Shown in pieces: positions 1 to 9,867 of a DNA stretch of 64,000 bases. The notes beneath the pieces were generated by a model, which saw only the letters and a program-made list of their open reading frames with translations, ran no database searches and was not told the origin of the DNA. Position 1 is the first letter of the stretch. Each line of letters opens with the position of its first letter. The DNA is from Candidatus Peribacteria bacterium (GTDB taxonomy: Bacteria; Patescibacteriota; Gracilibacteria; UBA1369; 2-02-FULL-48-14). The stretch spans positions 34,157 through 98,156 of the forward strand of contig CALQZQ010000001.1 in the NCBI GenBank assembly GCA_943349825.1, written 5' to 3'. The translations under genes were made by a program, and so were the position numbers.

Positions 1-626
1 ATGGTTTCGTGACGGTGAATATTTCTAATCCTAGCAGTCTTTCTTATGGGACGGTGAACGTGAGCAATGAAATTCAAGACATTGGAGTGCTGGGCAATTA
101 CGCTTACTTGGCCTTGGATACGCAGGGCACCGGCTTGGGGGTGATGAATATTGTTTCTCCCACGGCGCCGTTTCTCTCTTTTACTCAAGATGTACAGGGC
201 AAGGGTACGGGGGTTTCTGTGGCGGGTTCTTATGTTTACGTTTCTCTGGACACCAGCAATAAAGGTTTGGTGATCACGGGAACTACTGTGGTGGGGGTAG
301 CTACCAGTGGGAACTATGTTTCTTCGATTGTGGATACGGGAAGCACGGATACGCGTTATAACTATTTGTCTTGGTCTGCGACAGTGGTTTCTGGAAGTAC
401 CATTAAGTTTCAACTTCGCACGGCCAGCACTTCCGGAGGAATAGCGAGTGCTACTTTTGTGGGACCGGATGGCACCGCGAGCACTTATTACACCACTTCT
501 CCGACTCAGATTGTACTTTCTCCCACACGTACTGGTCAGCGTTATGCTCAGGTGAAGGTTTTCTTCACTTCCGATGGAGTCAATTCTCCAGCGGTGGATT
601 ACTTTACTCTCGATTATCATCCTTAA
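1..626 (+). CDS. C-terminal part of an LVIVD-repeat / beta-propeller surface protein in the pilus cluster (5' truncated)
   Basis: Repeats such as GNYAYLA..GLGVMNIVSPTAP and GSYVYVS..GLVI; Ser/Thr-rich beta domain; stop codon abuts the next prepilin gene. Confidence 0.6.
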   Translation, partial: GFVTVNISNPSSLSYGTVNVSNEIQDIGVLGNYAYLALDTQGTGLGVMNIVSPTAPFLSFTQDVQGKGTGVSVAGSYVYVSLDTSNKGLVITGTTVVGVATSGNYVSSIVDTGSTDTRYNYLSWSATVVSGSTIKFQLRTASTSGGIASATFVGPDGTASTYYTTSPTQIVLSPTRTGQRYAQVKVFFTSDGVNSPAVDYFTLDYHP

Positions 627-1142
627 ATGAAATTCCTGAAATCCAGGCCGGCAAGCACTTTGATTGAAATAGTGATTTATTTTGTACTCTTGGCCGTGGG
701 CCTTTTTGTAGCCATGAATTTTGCTATTACGATCGGGGATCTTTACGGTCAATCTTCCAACCACAACGAGCTACAAAGCAACGCGGACCTTTTGGAGAAC
801 CGCTTCAGCTATGCGGTGCAGACAGCTACCAGTGTGACTGCCGGGAGCAGTTCTTTTGGAGTGGATAGTGGTCGGCTCACCTTGGTGATGAGCGATGCCA
901 GTAAATCACCGACGGTGTTTTATTTACAGAACGGAGTGGTTTATATGCAACAAGGAGTTGCTGCGGCCGTGGCTTTGACGAGTCCGGCGGTACAAGTGGA
1001 TTACTTTAGACTCACGCAGATCACTGCGACCAAAGCACCCGCTCAAATTCAACTCGATGCACAACTCAGTGTTTTGGGCGTGGATAGAGACGCAATGGAT
1101 GGCACCACGTCGATTCATCTCACGGTAACCCTTCGCCAATGA
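627..1142 (+). CDS. Minor pilin, PilW-like (class III signal peptide)
   Basis: N-terminus ASTLIEIVIYFVLLAVGL resembles the prepilin G/FTLIE motif; located in the pil cluster. Confidence 0.7.
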   Translation: MKFLKSRPASTLIEIVIYFVLLAVGLFVAMNFAITIGDLYGQSSNHNELQSNADLLENRFSYAVQTATSVTAGSSSFGVDSGRLTLVMSDASKSPTVFYLQNGVVYMQQGVAAAVALTSPAVQVDYFRLTQITATKAPAQIQLDAQLSVLGVDRDAMDGTTSIHLTVTLRQ

Positions 1143-1525
1143 AAGCTTTTAATTCTCGAGCTTCGGTACTCCTCATGAGTGTTTTGGTCATCGGTATCTT
1201 TACCCTGTTTTTGGCCTTGGCCATGGCGGAGGTGAATCTTTCTACGGGCTATCAGGTTTTGAATCAACACGAGGCTACTCATAGTTACTACACGGCGGAG
1301 GCTTGTATGGAAGAGAGTGTCTTGCGTTATGAACGAGACAATACTTTTACGGGAACCACTTTGGCGGTCGATAGTGAAACGTCTTGCACCAGCACGATGA
1401 CGGTCACCACCGTCACGGTGACAGTCACCAATGGGTCTTATACGGAAGTTTTTGTAGGCACGATTTCCTCTACGGCTAGCGGAACAGTGAACAATGTGCA
1501 TCTTACGGGTTGGAAAGAGACCTGA
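1139..1525 (+). CDS. Minor pilin, PilX-like
   Basis: ASVLLMSVLV hydrophobic N-terminus lacking E5, plus SYYTAEACMEE typical of PilX N-terminal helices; ATGA overlap with upstream gene. Confidence 0.65.
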   Translation: MKAFNSRASVLLMSVLVIGIFTLFLALAMAEVNLSTGYQVLNQHEATHSYYTAEACMEESVLRYERDNTFTGTTLAVDSETSCTSTMTVTTVTVTVTNGSYTEVFVGTISSTASGTVNNVHLTGWKET

Positions 1526-1547
1526 TTTTCTCTACAATGGGGTAGCC

Positions 1548-3143
1548 ATGATTCCATTCCTCCGTTCCAGTGTCGTTGGTGTTGATTTCCATGATGGACT
1601 TTTGCAGCTCGTGGAGGTGCGTGCCAAAGGCAAGCAATTGGAACTTTTGGCTTTCAACCGTTTGGATCTTCCAGAAGGTGTGATTGTGGATGGAGGTATT
1701 AAGGATGAAGATCAACTCAAGATCGGTGTGACTCATTTGTTGCAAACTGCTAATCCGCGTCCTGTGGATGGTGGAAGGGTGGTTTTAGCCCTGCCTTCTA
1801 AGCATGTCTTCACACATATTTTTAAATTTCCCTCTAGTTTTAGCCTCAAAGACATTCGTAAAGCCTTGGTTTTTGAAGTGGAAACGGTGATCCCATTTTC
1901 CATTGAGGACATGATTTGGGATTGTTATGTGCTCAGCAGTTTGAATTCCAAAGTGGAAGGAGGTTCTCAGTCGATTTTCTTTTCCGGTGTGCCCAAAGTA
2001 GTGGCGGAGGAATATGTGCGTTTTTTCGAATCTATTGGCATTCGGCCACGGCTTTTCGCCACGCATGCCGATGCGCTAACAGCGGCTTTGGAAAGTGATT
2101 TGACGACAGAAAATAGTTTGGTTTTGGAGCTGGATCCTTATGCCAGCAACTATTTGATCATGAAAGGGAAGGTGCTGCGCTACTACCTAAGCGTTGCCGA
2201 AGGCAGCCAGTGGATGGAATCGGGATTAAAAAATCCCGCCGACCCTGAGTTTCAGACTAAGCTCAACGGTTTCGCTTTGGAACGGATCATGCAGGCCAAA
2301 AAAATCCTTGAAGAGCAGGAAGCGGATGGGCAGATGGGCCCCATCAATCAAATTTTCTTGACGGGGGAGTATGCACATATTTCACCTTTTTATGACAAGC
2401 TTAAAATGGCTTTCCCTACGAAAAAGGTAGAGGTGGGAGATCCCAAACACCAGCTCACCGTGGACAATCGTCGCTTTTGGGAGGAGTACCAAAAACACGG
2501 AGGCAGCATTCCTTATTCAGTTTTCTTCGTGGACGCCCTGGGTGTGGCGCGTCAGTATTTATTCAATAGGCAGGGCAGTAATCTTTTGCCGGAAGCTTTG
2601 AAAAAGAGTTTTTTCTTTGAAAAAATGCAACTGCTCATGTTGCTCGGTGCCGTGCTCATGACCGTATTTTCCTTGATGGTGGCGTCTTATTTATTGATCC
2701 TTCATGGTAAATTGGTGCAAACTCGGGATGAGTTGGCTATTGATAAGAAGCGTGTGGAGAACGTTCTTTATGGAACCCGGTACCAGGAAATCAAAGCTCA
2801 GCTGACTCAGTTCAATAATGAAATCAATCAACTCTCTCAGATTGATGCGGCCCTCTTTTCTGTTCCGGATACCTTGAAGGAGATTTTGGAGACCCTTCCC
2901 CCCGGCATTCGTTTGACGGCTTATGTCTACGATGATGCTGCTTTGGATTTAAAAATCACTGGGGTGGCCGACAGCCGTGAAGAACTCTTAGGATTGGAGG
3001 ATCAATTCAAGGCGCTTGGTTTTGTGAAGGATGTGTTTGCGCCACTTTCAAATTACGATGAAAAACAAAATGTTTCTTTTACCATTGAACTTCAACTTTC
3101 TTTTTCCCTACTCCCTATCTATGGAAGTGCCAATCCCTCTTAA
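1548..3143 (+). CDS. Fused PilM-PilN type IV pilus alignment protein
   Basis: VVGVDFH actin-like start, ETVIPFSIEDM and IFLTG (PilM); then NLLP motif, a TM helix and LPPGIRLT..LKITGVA (PilN). ATG at 1548 preferred as start. Confidence 0.8.
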   Translation: MIPFLRSSVVGVDFHDGLLQLVEVRAKGKQLELLAFNRLDLPEGVIVDGGIKDEDQLKIGVTHLLQTANPRPVDGGRVVLALPSKHVFTHIFKFPSSFSLKDIRKALVFEVETVIPFSIEDMIWDCYVLSSLNSKVEGGSQSIFFSGVPKVVAEEYVRFFESIGIRPRLFATHADALTAALESDLTTENSLVLELDPYASNYLIMKGKVLRYYLSVAEGSQWMESGLKNPADPEFQTKLNGFALERIMQAKKILEEQEADGQMGPINQIFLTGEYAHISPFYDKLKMAFPTKKVEVGDPKHQLTVDNRRFWEEYQKHGGSIPYSVFFVDALGVARQYLFNRQGSNLLPEALKKSFFFEKMQLLMLLGAVLMTVFSLMVASYLLILHGKLVQTRDELAIDKKRVENVLYGTRYQEIKAQLTQFNNEINQLSQIDAALFSVPDTLKEILETLPPGIRLTAYVYDDAALDLKITGVADSREELLGLEDQFKALGFVKDVFAPLSNYDEKQNVSFTIELQLSFSLLPIYGSANPS

Positions 3144-3678
3144 ATTCGAATCCATTTTTCGCATCTGTCTTGTGCTGACTTTTGTGAGTGCCTTTGCGAT
3201 CTTTTTTATTGGTCATGCCGATTCAGAATTGCGAGGGGAAGCTAAGGTCATAGAAAAGTTTTTAGAGGCAGCCGCGGATCTTCAGCCTAATTTTGAAAAA
3301 AGTTTGACGATGTATACGGAAAACACTCAAGAAACCATGGACTACTTGGAGCTGCTTCGGCCGGAAGATGAGAATGGCTATATCCAATTCATTTCCACTG
3401 TAGAGAATTTGGGGCAAACTCAAGGAGTGAATTTGAGCCTACAAATTCTGGATGGGGACATTGTAGTGAAAGATGAAACCGGCAGTCATTACATCGATTA
3501 TAAGGTACAATTCTATGGTCGCGAAGATCAAGTTCTTAGTTTTCTTTCTGAGATGGAAGCCCTTCCGTATTTTACCCGCGTTATGGATATTCACTTCCAA
3601 TCCTTTGAATTCATTGAAGCGGGTAAAGTTTCTGATGTTCCTAATGTCACTTTAACGCTTCGACTTTATGTTAAATAA
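3121..3678 (+). CDS. PilO-like protein
   Basis: N-terminal TM helix, then FYGREDQVLSFLSEMEALPYFTRV, a PilO-like ferredoxin-fold signature; follows PilMN. Confidence 0.7.
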   Translation: MEVPIPLKFESIFRICLVLTFVSAFAIFFIGHADSELRGEAKVIEKFLEAAADLQPNFEKSLTMYTENTQETMDYLELLRPEDENGYIQFISTVENLGQTQGVNLSLQILDGDIVVKDETGSHYIDYKVQFYGREDQVLSFLSEMEALPYFTRVMDIHFQSFEFIEAGKVSDVPNVTLTLRLYVK

Positions 3679-3853
3679 GAACTTCATCTTCTTTCTATTG
3701 TCGGCGATACTTTTTACTTCCGCAGCGATTTTTTTGAGCACCATCTATTGGTCTTGGAACAAAGGGCCGGTTTTGGATGGAGATGTCCTTGAGGTGTCTT
3801 TGCCCGTTATCAATTGGGAGAAATATATGAATTTGTCAAAACACTTGGATTAG
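3668..3853 (+). CDS. Small single-TM protein in the pil cluster
   Basis: 61 aa with N-terminal hydrophobic helix; overlaps the pilO stop. Confidence 0.5.
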   Translation: MLNKNFIFFLLSAILFTSAAIFLSTIYWSWNKGPVLDGDVLEVSLPVINWEKYMNLSKHLD

Positions 3854-3894
3854 GTTAGAATCCTCTCGACCTTTTTATTTCTTTTTTCATTTCT

Positions 3895-4344
3895 ATGAAA
3901 ATCTCTCCACGCCACCGAGGGTTCACCCTCATTGAAGTTTTGCTCGTAGTAGTCATCATCGCGATTCTTGCCGGAATCGTCATCATTGCCGTCAACCCGG
4001 CACGTCAGATCGCTCAGACCAATAACGCGCAACGTGACAACGATGTCCGCGCTATTTTGGATGCGGTCCACCAATACGGTATTGATAACCGTGGAGTGCT
4101 GCCCTCTGCTATTACTGCCGTTGCTACGGTAGTGGGCAGTGGAGTTGGGGAAATTGATATTTGTGCAGATCTCGTTCCTACCTATGTTTCTGCTATGCCT
4201 TACGATCCTACGACAGCTACGGCAAGCTATACAGACTGTACGGACTACAGCACGGGTTACACCATCGCAGTGGATGCCAACGGTCGCGTGACTGTTGCTG
4301 CTCCGGATGCAGAAGTTGCTGCCACCGTCTCGGTGACTCGTTAA
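3895..4344 (+). CDS. Type IV pilin (probably the major pilin)
   Basis: RGFTLIEVLLVVVIIAILAGIV N-methylation motif; followed by a strong terminator. Confidence 0.9.
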   Translation: MKISPRHRGFTLIEVLLVVVIIAILAGIVIIAVNPARQIAQTNNAQRDNDVRAILDAVHQYGIDNRGVLPSAITAVATVVGSGVGEIDICADLVPTYVSAMPYDPTTATASYTDCTDYSTGYTIAVDANGRVTVAAPDAEVAATVSVTR

Positions 4345-4354
4345 TTTAGAACTT

Positions 4355-4388
4355 TTAAAAGAGCCCTTCGCAAGAAGGGCTCTTTTAA
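4355..4388. terminator. Bidirectional intrinsic terminator
   Basis: TTAAAAGAGCCCTTC-GCAA-GAAGGGCTCTTTTAA perfect hairpin between convergent genes. Confidence 0.9.
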
Positions 4389-4394
4389 GTTTTG

Positions 4395-4799
4395 TTAGTT
4401 TTGAGCTAAGTGGGCGTCTTGTTCAAAATCATTTCCTTTGCCGCTGCGACCGTAGTCGTCCGCGAGTTTCACCACGTCGTCGAGATCGTCGGTGGAGACT
4501 TCCAGGATTTCAACGTCTTCCAAAGCTTCGGCGCGGTGAATCATGTGGGGGTAGACGTCCAATTTATCACCGGGGTTCAGGATGATTTCACTCAAGGTAT
4601 CGGGGCTTTCACCGAGGTAGAATTTCACTTTTCCTTTCAGTACGTATTGCGTTTCTTTTTTGCGTTCGTGGTATTGCAAGGAATAGCGGTGGCCTTTATT
4701 GATGTGTAAAATTTTCCCCACGTATTCGGGTTGATTGGCGAACCAAATTTCCTTGCCCCAGGGCTTAAGGATTTCCTTGATTTCCGTTTGCTGATTCAT
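4395..4799 (-). CDS. Cupin, type II mannose-6-phosphate isomerase-like
   Basis: KPWG, SLQYH..KKET, HR and EVST..DDVVKLADDYGR motifs; downstream of manC. Confidence 0.8.
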   Translation of the reverse strand: MNQQTEIKEILKPWGKEIWFANQPEYVGKILHINKGHRYSLQYHERKKETQYVLKGKVKFYLGESPDTLSEIILNPGDKLDVYPHMIHRAEALEDVEILEVSTDDLDDVVKLADDYGRSGKGNDFEQDAHLAQN

Positions 4800-5826
4800 G
4801 GAGTTTTTTGAGTAAGATTTTGAGGTCGGCGCTGCGGTTTTTGGGACAGATGAGGGTGTGGCCGTCGGCATTCACCACCACCATGTCTTTGAGGCCGAAA
4901 GCGGCCATGAGGTCCGGGCCTTCATTGTAAAGAAGACAGCCTTCTGAGTCCACGGCCAGCACTTTGCCTTTGGTGAGGTTAGCACCGGGTTCGTTCGCGA
5001 GTTCGTCGTGCAAGGACGCAAAAGTGCCGATGTCGCTCCAGCCCAGATCCGCAGGAATGATGCGTACGCGGTGTGGGTCCACTTTTTCCATCACGCCGTA
5101 GTCGATGGAGATTTTATCGCAGAGCGGGTAGGCCTCTGAGAGTGGAGTGCCGTTTTGGATACGCACGAGTTGTTCGTAGGTTTGGGGCAGGTGTTTTTCG
5201 AATTCTTTGAGAATGGTGGAAACGCGCCAGACGTAGTAACCGGTGTTCCACAAATAGCTGTAGGAAGAAAGAAAACGCTTGGCGGTTTCGTAGTCGGGTT
5301 TTTCTTTGAAGGCTTTGAATTCGTAAACTTCCACGCCGTTTTCTTCTTTGAGCATGCGCCCGATGCGCACGTAGCCCAAGTTGGTGTTGGGGTATTTGGC
5401 TTTCACTTCCATGATGTTGAGGGTGTCCTCTTTTTCAGCGAGAGCTGCTGCCGCTTCTAATTTTTCGCGGAATTCTTTTTCGTCTTGAACCAGGTGATCG
5501 GCGTAGACCACGGCCATGATGGCGTCTGGATTTTTTTGGGCAATGAGGGCGGCAGCCAGGCCGATGGAAGGGCCGGTGTCTTGCACAGTGGGTTCGAGGA
5601 TGAGGTTTTCGGGGCTAAGCTCGGGGATTTGTTCGCGGACCAAGCTTTCGTACTCTTTGTTCGTGCAAATGGTGATATTTTCGATGCCTACAAAAAGCAC
5701 GCGCGCTACGGTTTCTTGGAGCATGGTTTTGCTGGAGACCAGCTTTTGAAACTGTTTAGGTTTTTCTTTGGAACTCATGGGCCAGAGCCGAGTGCCGGCG
5801 CCGCCTGCGAGAATGACGATGTTCAT
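4765..5826 (-). CDS. manC: Mannose-1-phosphate guanylyltransferase
   Basis: ILAGGAGTRLWPMS..PKQF, ADH, FKEKPD, ISIDYGVMEK, GWSDIG. Confidence 0.92.
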   Translation of the reverse strand: MNIVILAGGAGTRLWPMSSKEKPKQFQKLVSSKTMLQETVARVLFVGIENITICTNKEYESLVREQIPELSPENLILEPTVQDTGPSIGLAAALIAQKNPDAIMAVVYADHLVQDEKEFREKLEAAAALAEKEDTLNIMEVKAKYPNTNLGYVRIGRMLKEENGVEVYEFKAFKEKPDYETAKRFLSSYSYLWNTGYYVWRVSTILKEFEKHLPQTYEQLVRIQNGTPLSEAYPLCDKISIDYGVMEKVDPHRVRIIPADLGWSDIGTFASLHDELANEPGANLTKGKVLAVDSEGCLLYNEGPDLMAAFGLKDMVVVNADGHTLICPKNRSADLKILLKKLHESANGNQGNP

Positions 5827-6572
5827 AGGCTCAGATAAAACGCGAGGAGTTGATCACTCCAGAAGAAGCTTAACAGAGTTCCCAAAACGAGGAAAGGACC
5901 CAAGGGCACGGCGGTTTGGCCGTCGGCTTTTTTGGTGGCCAAGAGCACGATTCCGATGAGACTGCCCAAGATGTAGCTGAGTAAAAGTGCAAGTAAAGTA
6001 GCTTTCCAACCGAGCATGGCGCCCATGAAAGCTCCGATGCGGAGGTCTCCACTCCCAATCCATTTTCCTTTGGAAATTAGGTATTGCGCGCCAAAAAAAG
6101 CTACGGGAATGGCAGCTCCCAGGAGGCTGTCTTGAAGATGGCCCATTTGCCAAGCCAAAAACAGAGCATAAACGATTCCCGGGGCCATCACCGCGTCGTG
6201 GATTTCTTTGTAGCGCAGGTCGTAGAAGAAGATGAAAACTAAAACGGCGAAGAGAGGGGCGAGCCAGAGAAAATTGATCCAGTCGGCGGTGTTCAAGAAT
6301 ACACTGCCAAAGAGCAGGGCGGTGGCGAGTTCGGTGAGCGGGTACCAGGCCGTGATGGGCTTTTTGCAGTAACGGCAACGGCCGCGGAGAGCCAGGTAGC
6401 TGAGGAGAGGAATCAGATCCAGTATGCCCAAGGTGTGGTGGCAGTGGGGGCACTCGGAGCGGCCCGCCACGATTCCTTTTTTATCTTCGTGGAGCCGAGG
6501 AATGAGCATGCTGAGGAAGCTGCCTACGATGAGGCCGAGAATCATGCTGCCGATGAATTGCAGGGTGTTCAT
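5823..6572 (-). CDS. pilD: Prepilin peptidase (A24)
   Basis: RSECPHC..LIPLLSYL..RGRCRYC, GSGD and PLGPFL motifs. Confidence 0.92.
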   Translation of the reverse strand: MNTLQFIGSMILGLIVGSFLSMLIPRLHEDKKGIVAGRSECPHCHHTLGILDLIPLLSYLALRGRCRYCKKPITAWYPLTELATALLFGSVFLNTADWINFLWLAPLFAVLVFIFFYDLRYKEIHDAVMAPGIVYALFLAWQMGHLQDSLLGAAIPVAFFGAQYLISKGKWIGSGDLRIGAFMGAMLGWKATLLALLLSYILGSLIGIVLLATKKADGQTAVPLGPFLVLGTLLSFFWSDQLLAFYLSL

Positions 6573-7972
6573 TGTTGAGGGGCGGGATTAGGGAGGAGGG
6601 CGTTATACCTCTCTGCCGCCTGGCTGTGGAGGGGATCGTCTTCACTGGAAAGTTCGAAAGTTTTTTTGTATTCCCATCGAGCCCCTTCAGGGTTGTTTTG
6701 GGCTTCTCGCACTTGGCCGGCCAAGTAGTGGCCGAGCACGAAATTGGAGTCGATTTGAAAAGCGATGTCGATTTCGCTGCTGGCAAGTTCCGGTTTCCCT
6801 TGAGCCAAATAAACCTTGGCGAGCAAGCTGTGGCTCAGGGCTTCGCTGGGGAAGAGGCTGGTGGCCTTTTGGGCTAAGGTCAAGGCGCGGTCTTGGTCTT
6901 TGAGCTGGTCCAGGCAGAGCTCAATCGGCTTTTGAAACAGGCTGACGCTGCTGGGGCTCAGATTGAGCAGCGCCTCGTAAGCTGCCACCGCGTCGGCCCA
7001 CTCTTGTAGGGCTTCGTGGCCGTCCGCTATTTTTTTGTAAGCTTCTTCTGCAGGTTCAAAACCGTAGAGTAGGGCGAGTTCGAGCTCATCGATGGCATCG
7101 GAATATTTTGCCTCTTCCTTCAAGGTGCTCCCCAAGAAATAATGGACTTCTGGCTTGAGGGAGTCGATTTTTTTAGCCTGCCTGAAGGCATCTTCGGCGT
7201 CGCTGTACTGTTCCAATTTGTACTTGGAATAGCCCAGCAGCATCCACACGTCGCGGTAATCGTTTTTCTGAGTGAGGACTTGTTTGGAGAGCACGCTAGC
7301 CAATTCGTATTCTTGGGCATCCACTAAAGATTTGCAGAGTAGTGCTTCCAAATAAGTATTTTCAGCTCCTTGAGCTGCCTCAAAAGTGCTGTAACTGGTG
7401 AGGAAGTTTTGAAGGGTGGCGGGCAGGAGAGGGCCACTGCTTTGGAGCGCAGCTTCCAATTCAATTTTGGCTTGGTCGGGGTGGTTTTGAACCACATTGA
7501 ACAGCGCTTTTTCGTAGAAGAGTTTTTGGTTTGCCTCTGGGATGCTGCCCAAAATGCTTTGGGCTTCAGCCCAGTTTTCGCTGACCATCAAGATGTGCCC
7601 GTAAAATGCGGCGCTGTCGGCGCTGGGACTTAGTGTGTAAGCCGTTTTAAAGTTCTCCAAGGCCGCTTCATTTTGGTGCAGAGCCAGTTGGGCGGAGCCG
7701 AGCTTCATGAATCCTTCTGCGTTTTGAGCATCCAACTCTATGGCGTACTGGTATTCTTGCACGGCTTCTTCGTAATGGGTTTCAGCGAGCAGTTTGTCTC
7801 CTTTGGCGAGACGGGTTTCGTAACTCAAGGAGCCGGTGTCTGTGCTTTCGTCGCTCACGTTCAAAACACTGACTTGGTTCCAATGACTATAGAGTTGTAT
7901 TCCTCCAAAACCCACTCCTACGGTGGCTACTGCCGTCAGCACGATCACGCTCACTTTGAGTGGAGAATCCAT
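6569..7972 (-). CDS. Membrane-anchored TPR protein
   Basis: N-terminal TM segment and multiple TPR-like repeats. Confidence 0.8.
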   Translation of the reverse strand: MDSPLKVSVIVLTAVATVGVGFGGIQLYSHWNQVSVLNVSDESTDTGSLSYETRLAKGDKLLAETHYEEAVQEYQYAIELDAQNAEGFMKLGSAQLALHQNEAALENFKTAYTLSPSADSAAFYGHILMVSENWAEAQSILGSIPEANQKLFYEKALFNVVQNHPDQAKIELEAALQSSGPLLPATLQNFLTSYSTFEAAQGAENTYLEALLCKSLVDAQEYELASVLSKQVLTQKNDYRDVWMLLGYSKYKLEQYSDAEDAFRQAKKIDSLKPEVHYFLGSTLKEEAKYSDAIDELELALLYGFEPAEEAYKKIADGHEALQEWADAVAAYEALLNLSPSSVSLFQKPIELCLDQLKDQDRALTLAQKATSLFPSEALSHSLLAKVYLAQGKPELASSEIDIAFQIDSNFVLGHYLAGQVREAQNNPEGARWEYKKTFELSSEDDPLHSQAAERYNALLPNPAPQQ

Positions 7973-7978
7973 ATGAAG

Positions 7979-8449
7979 CTATCTTAATGTACAGGCGAGC
8001 GAGAGAGCAAGGCTCACCGCATCGGCGGCGTCGTCGGGTTTGGGGACTTCTTTGAGGCCCAGTTCCAGGGTGACCATTTTTTGGATCATTTTTTTGTCGG
8101 CACGTCCGTCGCCGGTGAGGGCGCGCTTCATGGCGCTGGGGGAGACTTCACTGAAAGGAACTTTGAAAGTTTCCAGAGCCATGAGCAAAGCTCCGCGGGC
8201 GTGGGAAACGGCAATTCCCGTGGTGACATTCTTTGAGAAAAAAAGTTGTTCAATGCTGCATGTTTCTGGTTTGTACTGCTGAATAATCGCCTTCATGTCT
8301 TTTTCAATTTCGAGTAAACGCTCGGAAAGACGCAACTTGGGGGAGGTGCGGATCACGCCACAAGTGATGAGTTTTTTTTGGCCCGCGTGCAGGTCGAGAA
8401 TGGCAAAACCGGTGGTGGCGAGGCCGGGGTCGATGCCGAGTATGCGCAT
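7979..8449 (-). CDS. ruvC: Holliday junction resolvase RuvC
   Basis: ILGIDPG, IEQLFFSKN, G.GRADK, DDAADA. Confidence 0.95.
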   Translation of the reverse strand: MRILGIDPGLATTGFAILDLHAGQKKLITCGVIRTSPKLRLSERLLEIEKDMKAIIQQYKPETCSIEQLFFSKNVTTGIAVSHARGALLMALETFKVPFSEVSPSAMKRALTGDGRADKKMIQKMVTLELGLKEVPKPDDAADAVSLALSLACTLR

Positions 8450-8469
8450 GAGCGCAGTCTAGCACAGAC

Positions 8470-9867
8470 TTAAATGCCCATCACTACGAGTGAACGGTTT
8501 TCTCCTTGCAGGCCCAGGTAAACAACGGTGCCTTTAACAGTTTTTGTTTTTTTGAGAAAAGCTTTCACTTCGTCGCTGCGCAGGGGGCCTTTGTGCACTA
8601 GAATTTTTTCTACTCCCCAGTGCAGGTGCAGTAGGCGAGCGGTTTCTTGGTAAGGAGTCACAATAAACACCGGTAGGCTGGGGCGCATGCGGAGGGCTGC
8701 ACGGGCGGTGTAGCCATGGTGCGTGCCCAAAATCAGAGCTTTTGCGCCAATATCATTGGCCAGTTCGATGGCTTCTTTGGCCATATGGTGGTCGTGCATC
8801 CAATCTTTGGTGGGGGTCAGGGCGATTGGCTGAGTCCATTGATAGTCGTTTATGGCGGCTTCCGTGCTTTCGGCCACACGAGCCAAAGTTTGCACCGCTT
8901 TTATGGGATATTTTCCTACGGCACTTTCGTTGGAAAGCATGAATCCATCGGCTTGTTCGAAGACCGCGGTGGCGGCATCGCTCATTTCCGCGCGAGTGGG
9001 AAGGGGACTGTTCGTCATGGATTCCAGTACTTGAGTGGCGACGATCACGGGTTTGCCCAGTTCGCGGCCCATGGCAAGGATGCGTCTTTGTTCCACAGGC
9101 ACTTGTTCTCCGGGAATTTCAATGCCCAGGTCACCACGGGCAACCATGAGTCCGTCCGCTGCCGCTGCGATTTCGCGCAAATTTTTGAGGGCTTTGGGGC
9201 GTTCGATCTTGGCCACCAAAAAAACGGGACGCTTGGTCCAACGGGCGATCAGCTTTTGCACACGCAAAATGTCCTCGGCTTTTTCTACAAAAGAAAGAGC
9301 CACGGCATCCACTTTGAGTTTGAGAACGCCCATGCGTAAATCGGCATGGTCTTTTTTGGAAAGGGTTTCGCTGGAGGGGAGAGCAGAATCGGGAATATTC
9401 ACGCCTTTGTGGCGTTTGAGCAGGCCACCCACTTCTACTTTTGCGCGGATGTCCTCTCCTTTTATGGACAAAATTTTTGTTCGTATCAAGCCGTCTTCGA
9501 TCAACAGAGGCTGGCCGGCTTTGAGAATACGGGTGAGGGGGGCGTAAGGAATGGGGATTCGCCCTTTGTTGACGGTTTTCCCCGTCCAAAAAGTCACGAG
9601 CTCACCGCGTTTTATAAGGATGCCCTCCGGAGCGATTTCGCCCAGGCGGATTTTGGGGCCTTGAAGATCCAGCAAAGTCAGGATGGTTTTTCCACTTTCA
9701 CCTTCGATTTCGCGAAGCTTATCCACCATGCCTTTGAACTGTTCGTAGTTCCCGTGGGAACAATTGAGGCGAGCTGTATTCATGCCCGCCTTCACGAGTG
9801 CCACTAGGGTCGCTTTGTCTTGCGACGCGGGACCCAGCGTGGCGATGATTTTAGTGTGTCGGTTCAT
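8470..9867 (-). CDS. pyk: Pyruvate kinase
   Basis: TKIIATLGPAS, DLQGPKIR, MVARGDLGIE, ATQVLESM. Confidence 0.95.
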   Translation of the reverse strand: MNRHTKIIATLGPASQDKATLVALVKAGMNTARLNCSHGNYEQFKGMVDKLREIEGESGKTILTLLDLQGPKIRLGEIAPEGILIKRGELVTFWTGKTVNKGRIPIPYAPLTRILKAGQPLLIEDGLIRTKILSIKGEDIRAKVEVGGLLKRHKGVNIPDSALPSSETLSKKDHADLRMGVLKLKVDAVALSFVEKAEDILRVQKLIARWTKRPVFLVAKIERPKALKNLREIAAAADGLMVARGDLGIEIPGEQVPVEQRRILAMGRELGKPVIVATQVLESMTNSPLPTRAEMSDAATAVFEQADGFMLSNESAVGKYPIKAVQTLARVAESTEAAINDYQWTQPIALTPTKDWMHDHHMAKEAIELANDIGAKALILGTHHGYTARAALRMRPSLPVFIVTPYQETARLLHLHWGVEKILVHKGPLRSDEVKAFLKKTKTVKGTVVYLGLQGENRSLVVMGI

